From positions 1 to 56,592 of the IMG/VR virus record IMGVR_UViG_3300035666_000025: a DNA stretch of 56,592 bases; one strand, given 5' to 3'. This document shows, one piece after another, positions 37,866 to 47,200 of the stretch (position 1 is the first letter of the stretch; each line of letters starts with the position of its first letter). Source of the DNA: a virus (lineage: Duplodnaviria; Caudoviricetes). The notes under the pieces were generated by a model. It did not search any database, had not been told where the DNA came from, and worked only from the letters and a program-made list of their open reading frames with translations. The position numbers and the translations under genes were made by a program.

Positions 37866-37883
37866 AGCGGAGTTGCCTCCGCT
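37866..37883 (-). terminator. GNRA hairpin after capsid gene (weak terminator or stabiliser)
   Basis: AGCGGAG-GCAA-CTCCGCT followed by TT. Confidence 0.55.
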
Positions 37884-37890
37884 GCTCGGT

Positions 37891-38808
37891 TTAGACGCCA
37901 GGGGTGCCATACATTGCGCGTGGATCAGTGAAGCCAACGTCATAACGCTCAGTTGCCTTATAGCGCATCGTGTCGGTCTCAAAGTCCCCTTCCATCGTCT
38001 TCTCGAGACGACGGCGCATCATCAGCTTCATACCTTCAGGCGCGTCAGTCTGAACCCACCAGGCGGTGGCAGAGGTAAGACGCGAGAGAACAGCGGCACC
38101 CTCGTCGAGCAAGCCAATCGACTTGATCGGGTTGATGTCGTTGTTTGCCTGGCCGGCACGAAGAACGGACTTCAGCAGCACCTCAGCCTGGAAGATGTTG
38201 CCAGGAGCCACAACCAACTGGCGTGGGACCAAGCGAATCTTCTTGCCGTTGTTGTCCACTGCCTGACGGATCTGGATGAGCATTTGCTCAAGCGAGGTCT
38301 GGCTGAGAACAGCAGCGGTGGTCAGCAGGTTGCTGAACGTACCGTTAACGATGGGATGCGAAGCGCTGTTAAGTGCTACGCCGTCGCCACCAGCATACTG
38401 TCCACCCGTGAAGGCGTTGTTCAGTACGTTGGCGCACAGGGTTTCCTTGGTTTCAATCAAGGACTGTGCAAGGTGACGTGCATACACCTGACCAATACGG
38501 ATGTGGTCGCCGTCTTCCACGAGCACTTTGGTCAAGGCGAAGGCCAGGCCATACACCGAGTACACATAGCGCTTGAGGAAGAGCACACCGCCCTGCTGAT
38601 AGGTCACTGGTGTGCCATCAGGAAGCTGCGGTGCTGCGCCGAAACCGTAAAGGACCGGCTCTTCGTGGTAGTTGCGGGGAATGCCTTGCTGCTCGCGGAA
38701 CACACGGCTCCACTCATCGGCACGCTGATCATAAACGCCGTCGAAGCACTCGTTGAGGATTGGCTCAACAATACTCCGAAAGTCGGTACTGCGCATTGGG
38801 GCTGCCAT
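37891..38808 (-). CDS. Major capsid protein
   Basis: GFG.A...DG, GGDGVAL.S.SHP, NDINPIK, MEGDFET..MRYKA.ERY..G.TDPR. Confidence 0.9.
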   Translation of the reverse strand: MAAPMRSTDFRSIVEPILNECFDGVYDQRADEWSRVFREQQGIPRNYHEEPVLYGFGAAPQLPDGTPVTYQQGGVLFLKRYVYSVYGLAFALTKVLVEDGDHIRIGQVYARHLAQSLIETKETLCANVLNNAFTGGQYAGGDGVALNSASHPIVNGTFSNLLTTAAVLSQTSLEQMLIQIRQAVDNNGKKIRLVPRQLVVAPGNIFQAEVLLKSVLRAGQANNDINPIKSIGLLDEGAAVLSRLTSATAWWVQTDAPEGMKLMMRRRLEKTMEGDFETDTMRYKATERYDVGFTDPRAMYGTPGV

Positions 38809-38821
38809 TTCTTAGCCCTCC

Positions 38822-39430
38822 TTATAGAATCGTGGCAGGGTACTGGATAGCTGCACCAGTGCCGATACCAAGGAGTTGAGACTCAGCGATCTGTACACGC
38901 ACAATGGTGTACGCATCACCCCAAGCGTTCCCAGGGTAGGGAGCGAGATCAATCACGCGCAACTGAGCGCTAGCAAACTGCGCTGCTGCCGATGTGGACA
39001 TCGTGCATTGCGACAAACCAGTAGTCGAGGAGCCGTTATCGTTGTTGCTGATGTCGAACTCTTGACCAAGCGCGGTTTGAGCGATAGAACCTGCTGCTTG
39101 AATTTCATAGACGATCTGTGGATCAGTCCAGATATAAGCAACCGCACTGCCTTGCTGGAAGGCGGTGTTAGCAGGGTAGAAGTTGGAAATGCGACGACGA
39201 CCCGTGGTATCAGTCCACTCAAAACCGTCAAACACGCCATAGATTGGCAGTAAACTTGTGGTCTTGATGATGTATCCCGTACCAGGATCAAGGGTGACGG
39301 CTTGGCCTTTGAAAATGTTTGAGGCGTAGCCAGTCGAGTAATCAAATGGGTTTGCGAATGCAATCGCACGATCCAACCCACTGGGGTGGAACGCGGGACG
39401 CAGACCAAACGGAGCACTTGTAGCTGACAT
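38822..39430 (-). CDS. Putative capsid cement/decoration protein
   Basis: APFGLRP...IF.G..V...GVF.G...DP..VYEIQ; directly upstream of MCP. Confidence 0.7.
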   Translation of the reverse strand: MSATSAPFGLRPAFHPSGLDRAIAFANPFDYSTGYASNIFKGQAVTLDPGTGYIIKTTSLLPIYGVFDGFEWTDTTGRRRISNFYPANTAFQQGSAVAYIWTDPQIVYEIQAAGSIAQTALGQEFDISNNDNGSSTTGLSQCTMSTSAAAQFASAQLRVIDLAPYPGNAWGDAYTIVRVQIAESQLLGIGTGAAIQYPATIL

Positions 39431-39444
39431 AGTCTAACTCCGAG

Positions 39445-39993
39445 TTAGCCCTCGAATACCGGGGGCCGGTTAATGGGGGTTTTATCGAGACTGTCGAGTC
39501 CTTGCCCTTCCGTCTGCAATAGCGTCCTGCCTTGACTATCCCGTGCGCCTTGAAGATTGTCTAACTGCACTTTGATCTTCTCAGCCTCTTCACGAGGTTT
39601 GTCGTAATGCAACCGTGTCATTACCTTCTGATACACGTCCATCGGTAACTTAAACAGCAGCATCTCATTACAGGAGATATGCCCAACGTGTTCGCCCGCC
39701 TTGACCCGATAGTTCTCAAACCCTGGTAACTCATCGGCTAGCACCGGAACGTACCCAAGTCGGATTCTCTTATCAATGGTGTCGTAACTGTTGGTTGTAG
39801 AAAGCCAGCAAAGATGCCATCCCGGAATATCCGGGACTTTCGGCAGCGCCGATTGTGTCCACTCATCACTCCACATTTTGTCAATGTCCTGTGCTGAGAG
39901 GAACTGCTCCTGCACGGCTTGGCGCACTACGTCTTCGCTTGCGCGTGACTCGCGGCCACCGGCAGTGAGGGATTTCTTTAAGCGTGATTCCAT
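39445..39993 (-). CDS. Conserved head-module protein
   Basis: P.IPGWH.CW...R.RLGY.PV...MLL.K.P. Confidence 0.7.
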   Translation of the reverse strand: MESRLKKSLTAGGRESRASEDVVRQAVQEQFLSAQDIDKMWSDEWTQSALPKVPDIPGWHLCWLSTTNSYDTIDKRIRLGYVPVLADELPGFENYRVKAGEHVGHISCNEMLLFKLPMDVYQKVMTRLHYDKPREEAEKIKVQLDNLQGARDSQGRTLLQTEGQGLDSLDKTPINRPPVFEG

Positions 39994-40002
39994 GTCCTAC
40001 TC

Positions 40003-40941
40003 CTAGCTTCGTTGTTGTGTAGCGTACTGGCGGATGATCCGGTTTCTAGCCTTTTCATCGTCCCATAAACCAGCTTCCTTAATAGCTCTCACTTGCTCTG
40101 CTGAAAGCTCAAAGGATTTGCGACCACCTGCTGCCGCTGCTGACTCACGACCTGTACTTGCTTGCATAAAACGAGGCCTGTTTTTCGATGAGGAACCACC
40201 TTCCTGACTATTGTACCGATGAGGAACGTATTGGCGCAAGCGTCTGTCAAGTTCCATCCAATAATCCTCAGTGGCTGGGTCCCAGCCTTCTCGCGCTAAA
40301 TGCTCATCAACGTCTTTGGTAACTTTGCTGTCTAAGTCCTTGGCGTTAGGATCAAACCAAGGATTGCGCTGTTGCCACTCTTGCGCAAAGTTAGCGATCC
40401 TGGGATTAGGCAGTGACTGCTGCTGGCGGGGTTGAGCAACAGCCTTCTTAAGGTTCTGCAGATCCTCAAGCTTCTTGCGTGCATCAAACCACATCTCGTG
40501 CGCTTTGGTATGCCCGTCGCCGTCTTGCTCTGTATGAGCCTGCGACATCTTAATTTTGGCATATTCAACACTCGTCGCTGCTTGTCGAATCGCCTCGTCA
40601 ATCTGCGCTATTTCGCCTGCATGTGTCTTGCGCTCAATGATGGCCAGTCGCTGCAGTAACTCTTCGTTCTGGCGCTGCAGCATCGATAGTCGATGATCTT
40701 TCTCAATCTGATGCTGCTTGGCGGCATCGCGTTTAGCACGGCGGCGATTACGCTTGGCAGCACGAATTGCTTCCGTATCATCTTGATGGTCGTCATCTTC
40801 ATCATTGGCGGGGCCACCTTCTGCGGCTTGCACGGGTTCATTATCATCGACCTCTTCGCCCGTGTCGGGCATCTCAACGATAACGGAACCATCCTTCTCT
40901 TCCTTGATATCAAGGATCTCGTCTTTCTCTTCAGCGCTCAT
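40003..40941 (-). CDS. Capsid scaffolding protein (putative)
   Basis: Acidic N-terminus, coiled coil, W...NPWF, LS.EQ..A C-terminus. Confidence 0.7.
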   Translation of the reverse strand: MSAEEKDEILDIKEEKDGSVIVEMPDTGEEVDDNEPVQAAEGGPANDEDDDHQDDTEAIRAAKRNRRRAKRDAAKQHQIEKDHRLSMLQRQNEELLQRLAIIERKTHAGEIAQIDEAIRQAATSVEYAKIKMSQAHTEQDGDGHTKAHEMWFDARKKLEDLQNLKKAVAQPRQQQSLPNPRIANFAQEWQQRNPWFDPNAKDLDSKVTKDVDEHLAREGWDPATEDYWMELDRRLRQYVPHRYNSQEGGSSSKNRPRFMQASTGRESAAAAGGRKSFELSAEQVRAIKEAGLWDDEKARNRIIRQYATQQRS

Positions 40942-41381
40942 AGGAATGCCTTCGTTTCTAATGGGTTGCCCGTGATCTTGGCGATTACCTCATGATCGTT
41001 AATGATCATGAAAAGCGCCGGATCTTCACCTTGGTCTTCACCGGGAACTTTGACTTCCCAGCGATCACCGCCCCACTTAGGCACACGAATAAAGTCGCCT
41101 ACTCGGCACCACGCACCTTCAGGCCAAGGCTCCATCGAATCGCGCTTACGGAATGCCAGCGCTCCCATATCGACAACCTTGCCAATCTGCGTGTTCCACT
41201 TCTCTGTCTCTTTGGTCTCTTCAACTAGGACAATGCCTGCTTTGGTGGTTCTTTTCTTGGAGCGACGGATCTGTACCATCACACGGCCACCAAGAGGTTT
41301 TGCACCAGGATCTACGCTCGGAAATGCCCAAGCCATCTCAGCGTCGTCAGACGCTACTGGTTCATTCATATTCATCGTCAT
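40938..41381 (-). CDS. groES: GroES/Cpn10-like co-chaperonin
   Basis: KPLGGRVMV...TKAGIVL...GKVV.MG...WC.VGD...IND.EV. Confidence 0.85.
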   Translation of the reverse strand: MTMNMNEPVASDDAEMAWAFPSVDPGAKPLGGRVMVQIRRSKKRTTKAGIVLVEETKETEKWNTQIGKVVDMGALAFRKRDSMEPWPEGAWCRVGDFIRVPKWGGDRWEVKVPGEDQGEDPALFMIINDHEVIAKITGNPLETKAFL

Positions 41382-41547
41382 CTCTCATTAAGTCATCAAT
41401 GATGTCTAGCGCCTTCTTGAGGCCTAGATGTTCTCCGACCATGCGCTGATACGCCTCCCATGTCGCTGCGTTTCCCGCTGCAAGGGCAAGGCCTATTTCA
41501 GCCTGGCGTGTCTTTAATGCGCCGATCAGATCCGAAATGGTTTTCAC
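41362..41547 (-). CDS. Conserved small protein
   Basis: L..G.A..WE.YQRMVG...GL..A pattern. Confidence 0.75.
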   Translation of the reverse strand: MKTISDLIGALKTRQAEIGLALAAGNAATWEAYQRMVGEHLGLKKALDIIDDLMRDDDEYE

Positions 41548-41705
41548 TTTTTCTTAGGTGCTTGGCTCAGGCCTCCTTTGGCTTTGGGTTGCTGTTGCGT
41601 ACCCTTAGACTGCAGGCTTGTGCCGTCAAGGTTGGCTCCCATGGCGATGCGCTTGTGATACGGCACAGCTTCCATGTCTTTCAGGTTATTGGATGGTTGG
41701 GCCAC
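41544..41705 (-). CDS. Small basic protein (53 aa, not in ORF track)
   Basis: Read manually: GTG start, RBS GGAG, MAQPSNNLKDMEAVPYHKRIAMG...KAKGGLSQAPKKK*. Confidence 0.65.
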   Translation of the reverse strand: MAQPSNNLKDMEAVPYHKRIAMGANLDGTSLQSKGTQQQPKAKGGLSQAPKKK

Positions 41706-44253
41706 GATTCACTCCTAAGTTGCGTTGAGCTTCGTTCTGAAGCTTGATTGCAGTCTCATACTGCTCTGCTTGTAACTGCTCATCTCGCTGCGTCAGACGG
41801 GCAGTTTCAATCCTCTCCTTGGTCAGATTGTTTGTGGCGTTAAGCGCTACATCCAACTGATCCCTTGCTGCTGCGCGTTGCTGCTCTGCTTGCATGCGTG
41901 CCATGTCAATCTGGCTACGTTGCTGCATGTCAGCACCCTTGAGTTGCATCTCAGCCTGGTCGCGCTGGGCACGGCGTTGGGTCTCAGCCAGGCTGGTTTC
42001 TTTGAGCACCTGAGCCTCGGGCGGAAGTTGCGGCTGCGGTGTTAGCTGCTTCATAGCGTCTAGCAACTGCTGCACAAGCGGTAGGATCTGCGAGAAGGCC
42101 TGCTCACTGTCTTGCTTTACATGCTGCGAGACAAGCGCCAGCGTCTTATCGATCTCTGGCGTCATGCGCTGGTTCTGGTACTCATCCTCATCCAGCGGCT
42201 TACCACGCAACTTGTGCATGTAGCCCTGACTGCGGTTGAGATACCAAAGCACCATGTGCTGCTTGATGTGCTCCAGTGCCCGCGGCAGGTAAATGCTTGC
42301 CATGATGGGATTGCCACCAAATGCCGGGTTGAGCGCGAAATCCAAGTGCGATTGGATGTGCGCCAGGTGGTCTTGGTGCATGTAAGCGTAGCCATTCTGA
42401 CCTAGTGACATGGCCACGTTCTCATCGATGGCCGATAGCTCATTAGGCGAGGGCGTATTCTTGAGCAACTCGTTGTAGGCAGGGATTTTTAGCTGCTTTA
42501 GGAGTCTTTCTTCAACGGCACGGCGGTCATAGAGGTCTGGTGCCTTGTCCGAGCGGGCCAATACCGCCTGAATCTGGGCCATGCGCTGGGTTTCGCTGAA
42601 AATATGCGGGTCAGAGACCGGAACCACGTCACCATTACGCTCAAAATCCTCAAGCTCAATCTTTAGGTCTGCAACAACCTCGCCTTTGCGCATATCTTTG
42701 AGATACCAGCGGTTTAAGCGACCCAAAACCTTGAGCAAACGCGCCTGCGAGGAGTGCAAACGACTGTGGATAGCAGAAAACACCGCGGCACCCTGCTCAA
42801 TGAGGGCTTGTGTGGTGCCTACAGGCGCTTGTGCGTTCACATCGGCTATCTTTTCCTCAGCCGTGGTCACAACGCCCTTTGTAGCCTTGTCTAACCAGCC
42901 TAGAAGCTCGAATAACACTGCCGATGGAGGGTTGAACGGCATGGGCATCGCAAGCTTGCGTATGTCGTCTACGCCTGGTGCCGCTTCGATCTCTACGACT
43001 TGCGTAATATCAACCTGTTGCGACTGACCAGAGACCTTGGCCGACTTAAACTTGAGTAATGCAGGCGCATTATTGATGTGCGCGGCATCCAAAAGCGCCC
43101 GCAAGCTACCCGTAAGCGCTGCTGACAGGCCACCAATCAGGTGCGGCATGCCAATCGCGTAGGCACCACGCCACGGAATGAACTTGTACTCGATAACCCA
43201 ATCCAACTTGGTCATCGTTTCATCGCCATCTTCCCAATTTCTGTACAAACCAATGACTTCGTTGTCCAGTTTGTCAATCATCAAGATGTATGGGGCCATC
43301 TCGCCGTCAGTAACGCTGTCTTCTTCGACTTCGAGGTAGGTGTAGGTGTGGAAAACCGTGCGTAAACCGTCGTCATTCTCGTCGTACTTGCGGCCTTCAA
43401 TCTTGTTGTTGGCCTTTTCCGCGTGCGTCTCGTCCGGCTCCATCGTGGCGCGAATAATTGACACGTCTTTGTACATGCCCGAGTCAATGCGCTGCTTAAA
43501 TTCAAACTCCGTGATCTCGTGGATCTCGGTAGCACGCTGCGCAGTGTAGAAATTAGACGCGGCAAACGGTATCAGGACCTTATCGATGGGCAAAAACTCA
43601 GCGCAAGGACGCTTTCTGCGCTCGTCATACCAAAGTTTTAGGTACTGCGAGCCACCAAGCGGCAGTTGGGTGAGCAATTGCTCTTGCTCGTCCTTAAATT
43701 CTTCGATCTGCTCGGTTAACTGCCAGTTCATCCAGTCGCGTTTGCGCTCGGCACGCTCTGTTTTGTCCTTATCAACCTTGCCTAAGATCTTGGTTTTGAC
43801 CGGACCATCAGGCGGGAAGAGTTCTTTGATCGCACGCGAGGCAAAATCCACGCACGCTTCAGCCATGGCCGGGTGGACAACCTTGCTGGCACCCATGAAT
43901 GTCGCGCCGCCGGGCGCATCTTTACCCATGCCGGTACGCTTGAGACCCTCTTCGTACTGCTTATCGCGGTCTTCGCGTGCTTGCTTGTCCTTGTCGATCA
44001 GGTTGACATACCGCATAGCCAGCGCTGACAGCTTGATGCTGTCAATTTTCTCGGCTAGGTTCTCGTAAAAGTCTGGCGACTCGTCTGGACCCTTCAGATC
44101 GTCAAAGTGAACCCGCACGGAACCATCGGGAAGCTCTTCAAGCTCTGCCGATTCTTCAGGCAACTCAACCTCAAGACCCTCTTCTTGATCCTCTTCATCC
44201 TGCATGGGATCAATGTAGCGGCCATATTCCTGCTCAATGGGCATCTCAGGCAT
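41686..44253 (-). CDS. Portal protein (P22-like with C-terminal coiled coil)
   Basis: GAS.VVHP...ACVDF.SRA.KELFP..GPVKT; 855 aa; position after terminase module. Confidence 0.9.
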   Translation of the reverse strand: MPEMPIEQEYGRYIDPMQDEEDQEEGLEVELPEESAELEELPDGSVRVHFDDLKGPDESPDFYENLAEKIDSIKLSALAMRYVNLIDKDKQAREDRDKQYEEGLKRTGMGKDAPGGATFMGASKVVHPAMAEACVDFASRAIKELFPPDGPVKTKILGKVDKDKTERAERKRDWMNWQLTEQIEEFKDEQEQLLTQLPLGGSQYLKLWYDERRKRPCAEFLPIDKVLIPFAASNFYTAQRATEIHEITEFEFKQRIDSGMYKDVSIIRATMEPDETHAEKANNKIEGRKYDENDDGLRTVFHTYTYLEVEEDSVTDGEMAPYILMIDKLDNEVIGLYRNWEDGDETMTKLDWVIEYKFIPWRGAYAIGMPHLIGGLSAALTGSLRALLDAAHINNAPALLKFKSAKVSGQSQQVDITQVVEIEAAPGVDDIRKLAMPMPFNPPSAVLFELLGWLDKATKGVVTTAEEKIADVNAQAPVGTTQALIEQGAAVFSAIHSRLHSSQARLLKVLGRLNRWYLKDMRKGEVVADLKIELEDFERNGDVVPVSDPHIFSETQRMAQIQAVLARSDKAPDLYDRRAVEERLLKQLKIPAYNELLKNTPSPNELSAIDENVAMSLGQNGYAYMHQDHLAHIQSHLDFALNPAFGGNPIMASIYLPRALEHIKQHMVLWYLNRSQGYMHKLRGKPLDEDEYQNQRMTPEIDKTLALVSQHVKQDSEQAFSQILPLVQQLLDAMKQLTPQPQLPPEAQVLKETSLAETQRRAQRDQAEMQLKGADMQQRSQIDMARMQAEQQRAAARDQLDVALNATNNLTKERIETARLTQRDEQLQAEQYETAIKLQNEAQRNLGVNRGPTIQ

Positions 44254-47200
44254 ATTTCTTTCCTTTATTTACTGCTTTAGGCAACTCTTTTGCCATCTTG
44301 ACTACCATGGCCTGCACATCGGGGTTGTCAGTAAACCTTACCGTCCCGCCTTTTGCCTTAAGAAGACCAGGCTCGTCTTTTTTTAGTGGATTGAAAGCGG
44401 CAAAACGAGAGCGAACCTGCTTCGTATCAAATGGAATGACTACTCGGTGCTGTGCTCCACCGCCTTTACCGCCAGCATCTACGATGCCATCAAAGCCTAG
44501 CTTGCGAAGCTCTGCAGTGACTTTGTCTGGAATAGACGTCCAAACGTATGAGTTTTTGCCTTCAGCCATGTCCTTTTCAAGCTCTGCAACCCACTCTTTG
44601 GGGGTGAACCTGACATTTTTTGCCCATTGATCAGGGCCATACGCTTGCTTGCGAGTTCTGTCTTTTGCAAAAGCTTGTTTTAAGGCTGGAATGACTCTGC
44701 TCTCAATCACTTCAGCGTCTGTAGTCGTAAGCGGGTTGTTAAGCCTAGCCTTGCCCGTCAAAACGCCCTGCGCACTTGACCATGGAGCATTCTTTTGCGA
44801 GATTGGAAACGGGAAGCCTGCAAGTTCAAATACCTTGGCAAGCTGCTCCTCGTTGTTGTAAAGCGTTCCGCTGTCATGCCACATAATCCTGAGCGCTGTA
44901 AGCGGATTACCTTTAGCTTCGCGCTGAAGATAGTAATCAATCGTTTTGGGGTCCATGATCGAGCCGCCCATTCCCTCAGGGTGCAACACCAAGTCACCCG
45001 TTGCTTCTTGAGGGTTGGCGTATCCAATACGCTTAACCTTGGAAATAATTTCTTGCTGCTTTTCTCTTGGCAGGAAATAAAACGCCTTTTCGACAGGAAT
45101 ATCTTGATTGGATCTGTAGCCAAGGTTTTTGGCGCTAACCGTAAAATAATCAGCAACATTCCCTTCGTCTTGTGCAAGCCTTGACGTATCGCGCTTGCTA
45201 GTCGCATAGGTTGATGCCATTTGTTTGCTTTCAGTGCCAAACGGCATCGGACCTGATGTTGCCCTGCGCGGGTCTAACGCACCCTTCTCTAGCAAGCGAT
45301 CCAAGCGTTCTGTGCCATGGTAAAAATCTTGATAACCCATGGCTGCAGCACGCACATCTGGCGTGTTATCTGGCGGCAACCCTAGACCACCTTGCTCAAC
45401 AGGTAATGCGGCTGCACGCTGCGCTTCTAGCAGGGCTTTGTCTTGCGGCGCTTTGAAATTTTTAGCTGACGCAATATTCCCAACACGAGGGCTTTCCTCA
45501 ACCTTTACGGCTGGTTCTGACACGCTGACACTTGTCTTTTGCGGCGCGTCCTCTTTTGGAGCCTGCAAACGTAAGCGTTCTTGTTCCGCAGCCTTTCGTG
45601 CTAAAGCTTCGCGTCTAAATGCTGCCGTAGGAATGGCTTTGTAGTCATTTGCTAGTGACGCCTCTTGCGCTACATCACCTATTACATCAACCGCCTTGCC
45701 TAACTTCGACGCTTTCCCTATCGTCGCTGGTAAACCAATCATGGGAATCATGGATACGGCCTGACCGATCTTCTCTAAATCAGTGCCGCCAGCGCCAGAC
45801 ATGTACCCGCTTGCAAGTTGCGATGCGGCTGATACGGGAGCGCTCTCCTTAATGGCTTGCAGAGCCTTCTCAATATCTTCCCTGCCCTCACCAAAACCTT
45901 TGGCTTGCATGATGCTGCGGGGCATATCGCCACCACCTGACATGCGTACAACCATCGCTTGCACGTCGGGATTGCCGGTAAATCTCACCTTGCCTCCCTT
46001 GGCGTAAGGTTGCACTGGCGTCTTGCCAAACATGACAACGCTAGGCTTGGCTAGTCTTGGGCTTAAGTACCCGGCATAGCCATAGTCACGAATAAGCCGC
46101 TCTAGTGCGTTGGTAGCCTCAGCAGGCTGTGCTAATCCTTTGTTTGACGTGGATGTCATCGGTATGCGCGTGGTTTCGCGTGCAAGCATTTGCAGTTGCA
46201 GCGGATCTGCTGCCAAGTCATACAAGTTTTCGCCCATCGCACGGTACTTGTGCGGGCCAAGGCCAACCTCTGGCTCCATGTTCTGGCCGGCATAGAAGTA
46301 GGTCCGCGGCGATATAGCCCCATGCAATCCGAGTCTTGCTGCTTCCTCACCCTTGATGCCCGTGCCGTAGAACGACGGGTCAGTCTCGGTCAATCCTGCC
46401 TGCTTGCTGTAGTGCAGCATCGGTGTCGAGACTGTCGTTCCTTCCATGGGTTTAATCAGGGGGCGCAGATAGTCTGGCATTTCGCCAGCGTAGGACGTGC
46501 TTAAGAACTCTGGCGGCAGGAGCAAAGGCTTTTGCGGCGCAAACTGAAACGTCTCGTAAGCTTTGGCGATGTCCTTATCAATCTGCTTAACTTGCTCTGT
46601 TTGGCCACGGCGGTTGGCCTCGTAGCGCAGCGATTGCAACTCGTTGATGGTGCGCTTTAATGCGGCGTTAAGCGGCGTGTAGTTGACTGTGCTGTTCTGG
46701 CCTCGTGTCTCGGTACTCATAGCCAGGCGTGCCAGCGGCGAGTACATCTGACTGTGTGCAGCCCAAGCAATCTCCTCGCCCTTGGGACCGAACTCGTTGC
46801 CGTGAATAGCATGGCCGAAGAAGTCATGCACAGCGCGAAACTTCTCGTTCTCATTCAGTCCCGTCTTGGGATCAACATCCTTCAGGAAGGGGTGCTCATC
46901 ACCGCCCTGGAAGACGTAAAGGTGCTTGTTGCCGTATACGTCCTGCAGCATTTGCTTGCTGTTGCGGTAGTTGCCTTCACCTGCTCGGTGATAAGACAGG
47001 CTAACTGGCAAGCGCTTGAACTGCTCGTCAGTCTCCTTGGCCATTTGGCGGTATGCGGCTACCAGTAACTCGTCGTAGTTGGTTGCGCCAGACTGCTCGA
47101 TGACCTCGGGCATTTGCGTGGCGTACTGGCGGAAGATCTCTTGCTTGTAGCCGGGATCATCCGTGGTGGCCAGCATGAAGGTGCGGCCAATCGGTGCCTG

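Noticed and set aside
37873-38850. 325-aa plus-strand ORF
   Set aside because: Lies antisense to the major capsid gene; no recognisable motifs
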